A DNA stretch of 64,000 bases from Sphaerodactylus townsendi (taxonomy: Eukaryota): contig NC_059433.1 of assembly GCF_021028975.2 (NCBI RefSeq), positions 44,764,001 to 44,828,000 of the forward strand, read 5' to 3'. Below the pieces are notes generated by a model. The model made no database searches, had not been told where the DNA came from, and saw only the letters and a list, made by a program, of their open reading frames with translations. The position numbers were made by a program, and so were the translations under genes. Position 1 is the first letter of the stretch. Each line of letters begins with the position of its first letter. Of this stretch, positions 1 to 12,365 are shown piece after piece.

Positions 1-213
1 CAAAGTAGTAATCTAAGCAAATCTGAGAGAATAGGGATGCAGGAAATGTAATGAGTCAGCAAGAATCTTCGGTACCACACACTTATGAAAAGTGAAGCGA
101 GTAGGAGTTTATACCTTGGAGCATACTTCGGCCTTCATTATTGGATAGCTCAAAAGCAGGGTTTTTTTTCCTTTTCAGCTGACCAGGTGACAAAAAAGCA
201 AGAAGTCAAAGTC

Positions 214-3200
214 ATAGAACATCAGAACAGCCATGCTTGTTCAGGCTAATGCTTTGTATAGTCCACCATTACTCACTGATGACTTACAGGCATGACATGG
301 AAGCCAAAGCCTCCGCAGCTCATGTACCACCAGCTCTGGTATTTAGAGGGTTTCTGCTTAGAACATGGACACTCTATTTAGCTATGCTAGCTAATAACCA
401 TTAATAAATCATGAATTTGTGTAATCCCCTTTTAAGGTCAACTGAAGTAGTGATCGCCACTACATCCTTTGGCAATGAAATTTCACAAACGAATTAATCT
501 TTCAATAAAGTACTTCCTTTTTGACCCAATCCAGAGGAGGAAAATGTAACTATGTCTAAAGGTGGTGCAGGACTGTGGTGGCAGATTTGCCCTCACTGGG
601 GCACTGACCTCAGCGGGGCAAATCTTCTGATGGGCAGACATTGTGGCCTTCCATAACAGCCAGGTGCAGCACACAGCACCATGTCAGCACTCCTGCTTCC
701 TCATTGGCTCCACCATTGAAGCAGGGTCATTCCAAAGGTGTGACTGTGGGTGGAGCCTACACTAGTAGACTTTCACTCCAGCTTTGCTTGCTAGAAAGCC
801 GGTGTCTGGGACTTGGACTTATGCCACTCTTTTGGGGATAAATCCATTAAGCTCTATGGAGGGATACAAATAGACAGTGGGAGGGCTTTTTGGCAGTGAG
901 AGGAGGGGATTTTTTATTTTTTGCCTTCCTGTGCCACCAGAAAGCCCTCTTGGATGCCACAGGGTGGCACTGCAGCAGCGCCATCCCAGCCTGCCAAGGA
1001 CTCTGGATTACGCTGCCTATCTATGTTAAATCTACTGCCCATCCACTTTACTGGATACTGTGCTGCCTTTTCTCACAGACCATACCATCTTCCACAACCT
1101 CTGTCATACAGATTCAGGGCTATCGGTAGGTTAGGTAGTCAGAGTTTGCAATCTGTCCTACCTCTTTTAAATATAGAGAGAGCTCTGACCCTTTCACACA
1201 CCAGGTTCCCTGTCTGATTCATAGAGACACCACCCAATAAGTCAATCCAATTTAAGAATCACCCTTCACTCAGATTCATCATAGAGCTATTGGGATGGGA
1301 CTCAAATGCTGTTTTTGTCACATACTGCCACCATTTATTAAGATGGATACATAGGCAGACAGAAAGACAAACAGAAAGGTATGCTGAGATTTTACATGCG
1401 TGTGTTGCTTTCCCTGAAACGATGCACATCCAGTTCACATGATTAAACAAACAAGGAGATAAATTTTATCTGTGGCTTAAACACAACCTGGAATGATTCA
1501 GGTAGATGATTGCAAAGTTTCTAGTACCGTGAGAGTTTTTTCTATCCACTTTCTCAGTACCCTGAATAATACTATAAATCTTTGTCATGTCGCCCTTAGT
1601 TCTTTTTTTCTAAATGGTGTTCTTCATGTTGATCAAACTTGAAAACCTTTATCATTTTAATTGCTTTTTTCTGCACATTGTTCAGTGAGACAATATCATC
1701 CATAAGATAGGGCAACCAAAACTAGAATACAGGGAATTCTAAATGTGGTCACAAGATAAATCTATAAAAGGACATTGCCATTCTGGCCAGTTGGATTTCA
1801 GTACCTTTCCTAATCATTTTTAGCACATAATTTCCCCCCCATCATCACCATATGTTTTCATCAAGCTGGGCATACCCCACAAGACTATTTCGCAGATAAG
1901 TCACTATCAGCTCATGTCCCATCAGTGTATATTTAAAATAAGATTTTTTTTGTCCCAGTATGCATAACTTTATTTTTACTCACATTGAACCTTGTTCCAC
2001 TGTTATCCAATTGCCTAGTTTGGAGAGATCTTTTAGAAACAATCTTTGGTTCTCAACATCCTGAGTAATTGAGTCTCTTCTGCAAATCCGATTACATCAC
2101 CTCTCTCTTGTCTTGATTTCTTACAATCTAAATATCACCATTCTGTTCCCCAAGCAAATTAAAATCAGGTGCCTTGCACTTGGCCAGAAAAGAGTGTAAG
2201 ATCCACAGATAAATAAGTAACAGTTCAAAAACGGTTTAATAATATTGAAAGTTTAGGACTCTGACTCCTCCCATGAAGTCTAACTGTTAAAGAATACTTG
2301 CGATGCTGGAAACAGTTGGGGATTGTTTGAAGAGCTTGCAGGCACCAATTCTTTCTTAACCGATTCTAGGAAAGTTTGTGCTGCTTGCTCTTCTTCTGAG
2401 TTTTCCCAGTGTCCTCTATCTGGACTCTGTTTTTCCTGCAATTTTGTTTGAACTTGATAACTCAAATACTATGGATCTCTAACACCTGAGATGTCTGTCT
2501 CCAGCCTTCCCCAGACACCTGAAAAAACTAAATAGACTGTAAAACAGGAACTGCTAACTAATAAGAATGCTATAGTGCTTTGCCTCTAGAGGTGTTCTTA
2601 AAGGGACAGGGTCTAACTAAGGTTCCCTGCCACAGAACACAAAAGGCAACTAAACTCATTCTAACTAAGGGTACAACTGAGGCTTAAATAAGGAAAATAG
2701 TGAGGATGTCTCAAGGGGCATGACAATTCCTGATATTAATTACTGTGGAGCCATACTGCTTATTTCTCACCATTGTGAGTACTGTCAATTTAATCTTATT
2801 ATCTGCGCCTTGTCATTTAACCAGTTCTAAATCAGAGAGGAAAAAAAGTGACCAGAGGTGAACTGGCCATTTATATAACAGAGAAATTTCCCAGTGGGCC
2901 TCTGCTATAGAGGGCCACTGGGGGCTGTAGTAAGTAGAGCCAAGCCCCAGAAACTCATCAAGGGGTCACTTGACCGAGACCCCTTATCAGCCATGGCTAT
3001 TTGTGCCAGCTCATTGCCTGTCTTCTCCTGCACTGCTTCCATTTTGGGGGAATGATGATGATGGGTGAGCTAATCATTACTGTCGCTCACTATACTGAGT
3101 GGCCCTGCAGTGCTGGCTTGTAGCACAGCAAGAACTGCTCAGGTTGACTTGCTGCAGAACCATTATGACTTTCCAGTCTACTCCTGGCAGAGACTTTTGT

Positions 3201-4670
3201 CAAAAGCCTTTCAAAAGACCAAATGTATAATTTCTGCAGGATCACTCTTGCGCATATGTTTCTTAACTCTCTGAAATAATTCAAAAGACTAGTCAACAGG
3301 ATTTCCCTTTATATAGACCTCAAGACTTAGTAGGATCATGTCACTATTTCCTTAATAATTCTATATTTATTCAAACCAAATTCCCACCTATTTCCCCACA
3401 ACAGGTGTTAGGCTAAGTAGCTCATATTTTCCCAGTTCTTCTTTGAATAATTTTATAAAATTGGCTTAATATTTGCTATCTTCCAACATTGGAAGGGATA
3501 CTAGGGTGAACAACAGTGTTTGGGGGAGGGGGTGGCCTGAAATTTATCAGAAAAATTTCCAATAATTTTCATGTTTTAAAGCTGAATCTGAAAAATACAA
3601 GCCCTATACAGCTGAGTGCAGCTCTATTCAACTGTGCAGGACTGCAGGGTGGGGGAGGGGCAGCTGTGGAGATTGGGGGGATTCTCAATCAGCCCTGCTG
3701 GTCAATGGGGGGGGGTTGCTTGCAGAGATAGGAACTCCAATCCCTGCAGGCTCCTCAGCTCATTGCCTCCCTTCTCCCAAAGCCAGAACTGGCTTTGCAA
3801 GCAGGGGGAGAGAGCCGCCTGTGAGATCTGGAATTCCTAACTCTGCCAGCATCTAGGAAATCAGAAAAAGCCCAAACCTATTTGTGTTTTTTGGCACCAG
3901 GCTAATTCAGCTCTGTCAAATAGCCTGTCCCCCTCCCCACAAAAAAGCCAATATAGTTTTTCAAATCTAAGATCATTTTTTTGTGAAAAGTGGAATGCTT
4001 TGGAGGAGATGAATAATTTCTTTAAAACCCTTAGGTACATGACCCCCAGTCCCAGTGACTTGCTAGCTTTTTAATTTGCCCATCAGGCCCTAAACCAGAG
4101 CTTGTCAGTTTTATTTGATCATTTTTTCTGACATTTTTTTCAGGGAAACAGCAACTCCAGTATAGGTAACTTCCCCATATATTCTGCAGTGAAAATTGAC
4201 ATAAAGAATTCATTCAGTTTCCCTGAAATCTGTCTTCCTTTCACGTATTATGACTCTGAGCAGTTTCCTTTGTCTATTGTAGGTAAAGGAAGAAGAGGAG
4301 AAGGAATAATTTTTATGTGTGTGTAATGCTTTCTACAGTCTGAACAAAAATTTGGAGGGAAATGCTAGTCTGTGGAAAAAAAATTTGCATGTTACTCTAC
4401 CATTATCTGTTTTTTTCCTTTGCCTTTCTTTTTCTAGCCTTATCTTCTACTACAGCAGTCTTTGAGAAGACTCAATTTTTCTTAATATAATAGCAAAGAA
4501 AGGGCTTCCACATAGCAAACAAAAATATTTCAAGAGTTATGAAATGTTCTTTTCAGGATTTACGAAGTCTGCTCAAAGAAAAGCCCTTGATTTCTATATT
4601 AGTCATATGTGCAGCTTTAGGAATTTGGTAGTTACAGAAGTTGTGGTCCTTTAAAAATTATGAATAGGGA
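214..4670 (-). mobile_element. Old fragmented CR1 LINE (pieces ~214-530, 1540-2100, 3080-3490, 4130-4670), interrupted by younger insertions
   Basis: A reverse-complement CR1-like 3' tail (catagaacatcagaacagcc...) is followed by collinear degenerate RT-region segments on the minus strand. Boundaries are approximate. Confidence 0.6.
2144..2725 (-). mobile_element. Solo LTR (Gypsy-like)
   Basis: TG...CA termini (TGTTCCCC...GGGGCATGACA) with an exact 4-bp TSD ATTC at 2140-2143 and 2726-2729. A minus-strand ATTAAA at 2235-2240 suggests the orientation. Confidence 0.65.
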
Positions 4671-4735
4671 ATCATTAACCTGTGTGCAACAATATCACAA
4701 CCACACAACATAAAATAGAATTTCTTCAGGGAACA

Positions 4736-4752
4736 GAACAAGTCTACATAGG
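4736..4752 (+). mobile_element. Penelope-like element, left stub (GIY-YIG motif QVYIG)
   Basis: gaacaagtctacatagg encodes EQVYI(G) and joins in register to 7450 onward once the insertion and one TSD copy are removed. Confidence 0.7.
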
Positions 4753-7446
4753 GGGCCACTCCCCACTCACCATAAGCCGCTGGGTCACCTCTTTAAAAGA
4801 CACGAGGAGGATGGGGCGTTCCCGTCCTGCGTCACCAAGCCCTTTCTTGCCCAGCTGCCCTTAATTTTGCGGCTCTCCCACCTCAGCAGCCGCGCGGCAA
4901 GTGGCTCCCTCTGAAAAGAGCAACATTTTCAAAAACCCCGCTTGGAGTGCACGCGGAGAGGTGGGGAACCTCAGCTGTTCTGGCGTGGCTGATTAGCTCC
5001 TGGCCAGCGCATAGCTTCCGGCCAATCAGGAAACAGGAACCGCCATTTTGTTTTAGGGGAGGGTATTCCCGTCAGAAAGTGCTCGGAAATTGAGACATGT
5101 GCACAACAAGACGTGCCAACATTGCTCTTTTTTGCTCTTTTTTGCTCGAGCTCCACTGTTTTGCAGCTTGGCAAAGTGCTGCTGAGCACAGGGTTGTCGG
5201 CGGTGTAAACCGAAACCGATATTTACTTTCATTTTTCTGCCCAAGCAGTTTGCAACAGGTAGTGACGTCAGCATGTGCAGATGTCTTAAAACAATGCATT
5301 CAGCTTATCCAAACGAACTTTTCGGCAGCAGGAGGGGATGTGTGAAACAACTTTGCCAGAAGGGAGTCCTGAACAGAGCGCAGATGCTCTCAGGGAATTG
5401 CCTTTGCCCAATTGTAGTGAGCTAGTAGGGGAGGGCAATGTTACTGAAGGGTTAACTTCTCTACCGGACAGTGATTTGCAACAGGAGCCAGAAGTTGGCG
5501 AAATGTCTAGCACAGCAGGATACCTGGAGATGCAAGCAGGCCCCTGGAAGGAGAGTGTGGACTTTCCACAAGGTGATGCAATTGTGACTACACAACCAGT
5601 CAAAGCAGTCTGTATTGACTTGGCGGATCCTGTCACTGCCAAAAGCAGCAGCATTCCACTTCAAGCTAAGGGGGATGGAGATAAAGTGCACAGAGATTTC
5701 TTTTGGCTGGGACATGCACAAAAGATTTGCTAGAATTTTTTCGCGAAAATTGTGATGTGTGTGAGAAGGTGGATTTTTCCACAAGGTGATACAACTGTAA
5801 TTACTCATCTAGTTGCATCCGAGGTATGTGTAAAATGCAGAGGGAGAGAAATTCTCTGTGGATGCAGACTACTCCCGGTATGCTGTGGGTTGGTCCCTGA
5901 TGTGCGGAAGCTGCAGCAGCATCCAGTTCAATGTAATTTGCTCAGATTTCAAAGATGTGTTTACTTTGAGCACAGAAAGCAAAGTGAAGCAAAGTGTGGG
6001 TAGGAACATGTTGCGGATGTTGCATCTTGGAGCTACGGGAAGAAACTTCGAGAAATGGAGAGATGCTACAGTGGTTTCTCAAGAGAAAGAAGGTATCTGA
6101 CTTATGGTCGAGAAAAGAGCATGAGTCTTGTAGTTCAATGCTCAAGAGTATTGCATTGCTTATTAGTCTGAAAGTATGTATTAGTCTGAAATTGTGTTTT
6201 GTATTAACATGATTTTCTTCATTCTGTATTGTGATGCTATCATAAGGACTATGTTATGCATGAAAGGGATTTTAGTTAGCTCAACTCTGTATTAGAGAGG
6301 ATGGAGGTGAATGTAAAACATGTAATCTTGTCTATATGGATGGGTGTAATGTGTAGTCTTTAGCCTGCAGATTCCCTCTCTGAAAAGGGGGCGTGTGATG
6401 GGAAATAGCTAGCTGAACTATGTATTAGCTAGCAACTGTGCTTACACAACCAGCCAACGCCATCGATGTGGACTATCCGGTACCTGTTGAAAGCAGCAGC
6501 ATCCTGTTTCACGCTAGGGGGCATGGGAAAAGGGCCCTTGGGGAGAGTAAGCTACTCTTGGGGGGTAACTTGTTTCTTAAACTAGGTAGTGTTTCAGGCT
6601 TGTGCAGCCGTTTAGTTTTAATGAGGGGTAGTCTCAGTGATTGTTATTAATTTCATTGCATTGTTTCATGTATGGCTTGTGGAGTTACTGTATCGCTGTA
6701 CTGTCTCAAAAAAAAAAATGAGGCCGAAGTGTTATCGCGGCTGTTATGCTGATGTTTTGACTATTACTCTGTAGTTATGTCCCTCTGCGTTTTATTGACT
6801 TATGATTAATGTTGTGGAGATCATGGATTTAGGGACTGTAAGTAGCAGGTCTCTGTATTAAGTAGAACTGACCGTTGGGGGGTAAATTTTGTAATCTCCT
6901 CTTCGTCAAATGGGGGGGAGGCCTTAAGGGGGGCGGAATGTCAGGATTATGCTGACTGTGTTTGATGTTTTCTGTGAGTGAAATGCAAATGTTATTGCTA
7001 TTGCAATGTCCCTCTCTTCCTTCCTCTCAACAACCTCCGGGCACCGGTCTACCTCTTCAAAGAGGTGCGAAAGGTTCCCAAGTCCTTTGATGTTTTGTAG
7101 TATTGTCGCAGTGACCATTTGGTGTGGCCTGCAACGGGGGGAGGGGGCTAGTGAAATAAAGTAGCGAGATCTGAGCGTCCCGCTCAGATCCAACTTTAGT
7201 TTGTTACTCTTCGTATCTAGAATAAACGCTGTAGAACCTTTTCACGGTCTCCGTTATTTCTATGCTCGAGAGCCTGACAATCAGAACGCTCAATTGCCTC
7301 TTTGACTCTTGATTTGGAACCCCGCACTATTTCCTGAATGGAAAATGAGTGGGGAACAAATGTCTCCGTTGTCAAAAGCCACGGAGGCTTTTCTACGAGG
7401 GGTCGCTGCGGGGTTGCATTCAGACGAGGTAAGTGGGGAGTGGCCC
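4753..7446. mobile_element. Non-autonomous TIR DNA transposon (PIF/Harbinger-like) with LTR-element cargo
   Basis: 19-bp TIRs GGGCCACTCCCCACTCACC / GGTAAGTGGGGAGTGGCCC (1 mismatch), and a 3-bp TSD AGG at 4750-4752 and 7447-7449. CpG is retained and no transposase ORF is present. Confidence 0.8.
6926..7279 (+). mobile_element. Polypurine tract plus 3' LTR of a Gypsy-like LTR retroelement
   Basis: A purine tract at 6926-6938 directly precedes TGTCAGG (6939)...CCTGACA (7279), which form perfect 7-bp inverted ends. AATAAA is at 7221-7226 and a 10-bp hairpin at 7168-7190. Confidence 0.75.
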
Positions 7447-7950
7447 AGGGACTATGAAACACAGTGTCCAGACACAAATCAAAGAACATGAAAAACACTG
7501 CAGACTAATTCAGTCGGAAAAATCAGCAGTAGCAGAACATGTTATAAACCAAGCTGGACACAGAATCAAAACTATGGTTAATGAACACCATCCAGACTCA
7601 GGATGTCTCTCTGCAAGAAGCAATAAAATTGGATAGTAAATGAATACTTAATTGCACAGGAAAACTGCTATGCAAATGCCCTTACTGATTATGCAACTTT
7701 AGTGTTACATACATGCTAAAATGGGGGAAATTCATCACATATTCAAATCACACTTGCAAACAGCACCTTTAATACTTTTAACAATTGCAAATGGTTCTTT
7801 CTTCCACTTGTGTATCTCACAGGTATATATAGTCCACTTGCTCTACTGCCAACAGCTCCTCTGAAGATGCCAGCCACAGAGGCAGGCAAAACGTCAGGAA
7901 AAAATACTATTGGAACAGGGCCATACAACCTGGAAAACCCACAACATCCT
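7447..7950 (+). mobile_element. Penelope-like (Poseidon-type) retroelement 3' part: GIY-YIG remnant and pLTR
   Basis: Encodes GTMKHSVQTQIKEHEKHCRLIQSEKSAVAEH, followed by the pLTR motif ctctgaagatgccagccacaga... Confidence 0.85.
7857..7899 (+). ncRNA. Degenerate minimal hammerhead ribozyme motif (PLE-associated)
   Basis: TCCT-CTGAAGA-T-GCC...GGC-AAAA-CGTC-AGGA, with G12 changed to A. Confidence 0.55.
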
Positions 7951-8486
7951 AGACTTTAGCATCTGCAATACTTGCAGAGAGGGTTCATGCAGGCTTCAAT
8001 CCAGTTTTCTGAAAGCTATTCTAGTGCCCTTTCTGCACAGACCAATAAACACAAGTGCAGGATGGTTTAAAAACCTGTTTTTTTTGTGGGGGGGAGGGGA
8101 TCCCGGGTTGTAGCTGCTCATGAGCAAACAACTGGGCAGGAGGTGCTTTATTTGCCTCCGTTTTCCTTTTTCCGTTTTCCTTTTTTTAAAAAAAATGTCA
8201 TGGCTTACATCTGTGTAGCTACATAGATGCAGATGGTCATATTGTGAGACATCAGCATGGCTGTGGGGATTCATTTGTGCATGCCTGCATAGCTACGCAT
8301 TAGTGGGAAGTAATTTTTAAAAACAGATGCGTCTTCATGTGAAGGCATGACAGCAACCTGGATTGTTTCCATGGGTTCCAACCACAGACTGCATGAATGC
8401 ATGTGAATGTGAAAACAGGAAAATTGGTTACTTTATCCCAACTGCAACCTATTATACATGTGCTGTGTGGAGGGGGCTAGGCCTCT

Positions 8487-8770
8487 CAGCAGTGGTGTAG
8501 TGGTTAAGAGCAGGTGTACTCTAATCTGGAGCAACCAGGTTTGATCCCCCACTCTGCCACTTGAGCTGTGGAGGCTTATCTGGGGAACTAGATTAGCCTG
8601 TGCATTCCAACACATGCCAGCTGGCTGACCTTGGGCTAGTCACAGTTCTTCTGAGCTCTGTCAGCCCCACTTACCTCACAGGGTGTTTGTGGGGGGGGGG
8701 GGAAAGGGAAAGGAGTTTGTAAGCCCCTTTGAGAGAGAAAGAGGGAATATAAATCCTACTCTTCTTCTTC
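8487..8770 (+). mobile_element. Squam3-like tRNA-derived SINE
   Basis: Box A/B-like head (tggtgtagtggttaagagc...ggtttgatcccc), a body shared with other copies in the window, and a (CTT)n tail. Confidence 0.85.
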
Positions 8771-9148
8771 ATCTGTGTTAGATGGCCTTCCATGCATCAA
8801 ACCAGTTATGAAAATTGCTATGTTTGTTATTATGGCAGTGATTTGTTTTATTCTATTAAATTATAGACTTTACTGAGTTGCAGAGCAAAAATCATTCATA
8901 GGTACAGTACAGTAAACCTTTATTAGGCATAAATAATTCTGCATACAGTATGTTTGTATGATAAACAGCAATACAACGAGGAATCCAGTACACCAAGTTA
9001 GATCATTCATAGTCCAAATTGGTATTTGAAATGGCACTGCTTGATGGGCTGGAAATATTTAAAGAAAGATCCTGTCTTGATTCAATTGCCACTATTCACT
9101 GTTTAAAAAAATGAATACACGTAAAACCATATGGTCCTATAGTGGCAA

Positions 9149-9471
9149 GAGAGCCAGCGTGGTGTAGTGGTTAAGAGGAGGTACACTCTAATCTGGAGAA
9201 CTGGGTTTGATTCCCCGCTCTGCCACTTGAGTTTATAGGCTTAACTGGTAAATCAGATTAGCTTGTGCACTCCAACACATGCCAGCTATCTGACCTTGGG
9301 CTAGTCACAGTTCTTTGGAGCTCTCTCAGCCCCACCCATCTCACATGGTGTTTGTTGGGGGGGGAAGGGAAATGAGATTGTAAGCCCCTTTGAGTCTCCT
9401 TACAGGAGAGAAAGGGGGGATATAAATCCAAACTCTTCCTCCTCCTCCTCCTCCTCCTCCTCTTCTTCTTC
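9149..9471 (+). mobile_element. Squam3-like SINE with (CCT)n(CTT)n tail
   Basis: gagagccagcgtggtgtagtggttaag head, full body and microsatellite tail. Confidence 0.88.
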
Positions 9472-11589
9472 AACTATGATCCAAATATCTTTCTGTCCCA
9501 TCCAGTCTAATTAATGTCTTTCATTATTCTATTAATGATTTTATATGGTATATTTATATATCACCTTTTTTGCCATTGCATTAAAGGTGATTACAATTCA
9601 AAACAAATCTATAATATAATATTTACCACACAAAAGGAAAAGAGGAAAGGGGAAAAGATTTTGTCCTTCATTTTTCCTAGCATGATGGAAAAACTTCAAG
9701 AATTTTTGTATGATTATAGATCTAGCCAGAGCTTGCTATATAATGCAAATTTTTGTGTTCACCTGTCACATTTTATTATGCCAAGATACAGAACCCACAA
9801 TGTAAATAAAACATTAGTACCATGTAATATTGGACCAAGAGAAACAGATAGCTATTTTTGGGCTCTTCCTATGTGACTTGCTCATTACTATGATGGTCAT
9901 TTTCTCTAACGTTGCTATAAAGTCTATTATTCTAGAAATCTATTTCAGCTTAATGCCATCTATATCAAAAGAAACTGGCTTTCTTAAGTGTTTCACGCTA
10001 TGGCCTCAACACAGTAATCAGAATCAGGAAATTTATCACCACACTACATCAAGAAGCAAAGCTATCGGCAAAGTCAGCTGGGAATATAGAGATGAAGTCA
10101 TGAGGAGTATTATTTAGATCTAAAAGGACTCCAAAAGAGGACTGCATCATAAAAAGATGAGTGATAGGAACAACATAAACAAATTCACACTGAAGGATTA
10201 TATGTTCCATCCAGGGAATGACAAACATGCTTAAACCAAACCCACAAGTTCTACTGATTTCAAGGCAACCTATCTCTGAAGGCAGTGGCTATTTGAGCTA
10301 TTGTCAGAAGGAAAGACCAGCTCCATAATTCAGATTCTGCAGTTGCTATGGATTTGGAGTGTCTCTAAGCAACAAATTGAATAATACACTTGGTAGAGAG
10401 TGAGGTTTAATAAAGGAGAACATTTCTCTTTGATAAACAAAGGCCTTTTCCACATGCCCAGCTTACTATAGATTTTCCCAGTGGTCAAACTTGTGTCATG
10501 GAAATAGTTTCTGTGAAAACATTCCACAAACCATTCCCCTCATCATTATTTTCCTGGTCTCTTCAGTTTCATTTATTCTACACACTACTGCTGAAAACAC
10601 ATTATTCCTGATGGTGGTGGGATGTCATCCATGAGGCAGAAGAACAACTCCCCCTTCCACTTTTTTCCCTTTTGTGCAGGCTCTCCAGCATTACTGCACT
10701 GCTACACTCAAGCAGCAAGTTTGTCTCAGCCTCCTTTTCTACCATTGAGAACAAAATGGAAGTGAGAAAAAAGTACTGGAGCAAGCACCATTACCTGAAG
10801 GAACAGACACACATGGCTTCCCCTTAAAATTCACAACTGCAGATCTTGAAGATCACATAAAAATGGCATTGAGACCATTTTGAAAAGCTTTTGTAAGAAA
10901 CCAAAATCAAAACTTAAAACTTTTTGGAAGCTAGAGCACCCACCTTTATAACGTAAGAGAATAAAAATACAAGCTTCTCCAAACTTCTGTTAGAGGAAAT
11001 CAACAAAGGAAAGCCCACATTCTTTGTGTTCTGCCTTTCAGTGAGGGCACCAGTTCTTAGGATTTCTGGGTGAGGCTACAGGCTGTCAGAGAAATTGTCT
11101 AGAGGCAAGGCTTTAACACAAGATATTAGAAATTCTATAGCAGTGCTGAACTGTCAGACAGATAGAACAGGGTAAATCCCTTAAGCCATGTTGGAACAGG
11201 CTAATGCAAACACATGCACCAAAACACAAGACTTATAAGGTTTCTGAGATTGCACTCTTAGATCCTGCTGGCTTACACTGAGAGATGCAGCCATTCATCT
11301 TCTTGCTTGAAAACTGATATTTATTCTGGTGATAAAGGGCAGCCCTGAGTAAAAGATTGAAGCAGTGCTGCTGAATTTGAAAAGCACAGCTGATTCCTTG
11401 CTTCGGTTTCAAATATTGAGGCAGGCACAAGGACAAGTCCTCCACATAACTGTACTGCCTCATATTCAGAAAATAAGGTTTACTTTGTAGTGGCCGCATC
11501 CTCTAACACACCTATATATCAGTTTCCCAATATATTGGCTTTCTCTCTGAACTACCACACATCTTGTTACTGATAGGCTTTGTATAGTG

Positions 11590-12025
11590 CAGGGGTAGGG
11601 AACCTTTAACACTCAAAGAGCCATTTGGACCTGTTTTCCACAGGAAAAAAAAAAAACACTTGGAGCCGCAAATAATTTTTGACATTTAAAATAAAGATAA
11701 CACTGTATATATTGGGTTTTTTTACCTTTTACTCCACTCATTCTGAGAAGCGCATGGATGCGCCCGCCCTGCTGCCTGCAGGGTGGGCAAGGATGGGGCC
11801 AGCGGCTTGGGCTTGCCGGCCGCCGGGAAAGCGCCCACCCCGCTCGAACGGGGTGGGCGAGAGGGGAAGCCCGCAGCATTGCCCAGCTGGCCACGGGCAA
11901 TTGGTGCGCCCACCCTGCTGCCTGCAGGGCAGGCAAGAATGAAGCCAGCGGCTCATTTCATGGAGCCGCAGTGCAAGGGCAGAAGAGCCGCATGTGGCTC
12001 TCGAGCTGCAGGTTCCCTACCCCTG
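11590..12025. mobile_element. hAT-superfamily MITE
   Basis: 16-bp TIR CAGGGGTAGGGAACCT / AGGTTCCCTACCCCTG with a perfect 8-bp TSD GTATAGTG (11582-11589, 12026-12033). The interior is GC-rich. Confidence 0.92.
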
Positions 12026-12330
12026 GTATAGTGGCTTGTATTATTCTATAGTAGTATAGTAAAAAGAAATCCAAATGTACATTGTACAAAAAAACTATCA
12101 GTGACAAATGTTTAATAGTGCAGTAGCATACTTTAAACATAATGTTAATGTCCCCAGTATTATTGGCAGAATTGTTCAACAAACTTCATTTGTTTTTTAT
12201 CATTATATATAGAAAAAGCTTTGGTTAATCAGTTGCCAGTATTCTTAAAAGTATATATAATGCCTTTGGACTATACCCTAAAATTTAAAATTGTTTATCT
12301 GTTTCCAATAAAATGTATGTGATGCTAACA

Positions 12331-12365
<35 letters not shown>
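12331..12365. repeat. (AG)n microsatellite
   Basis: Seen directly. Confidence 0.95.

Noticed and set aside
7280-7491. Apparent PBS/leader and gag start (MSGEQMSPLSK...) after the LTR, suggesting a permuted LTR element
   Set aside because: The segment ends in the right TIR of the 4753-7446 element and runs into Penelope sequence. It has no TGG-type PBS or gag motif.
8487-9471. tRNA genes
   Set aside because: The tRNA-like heads continue into SINE bodies and microsatellite tails.
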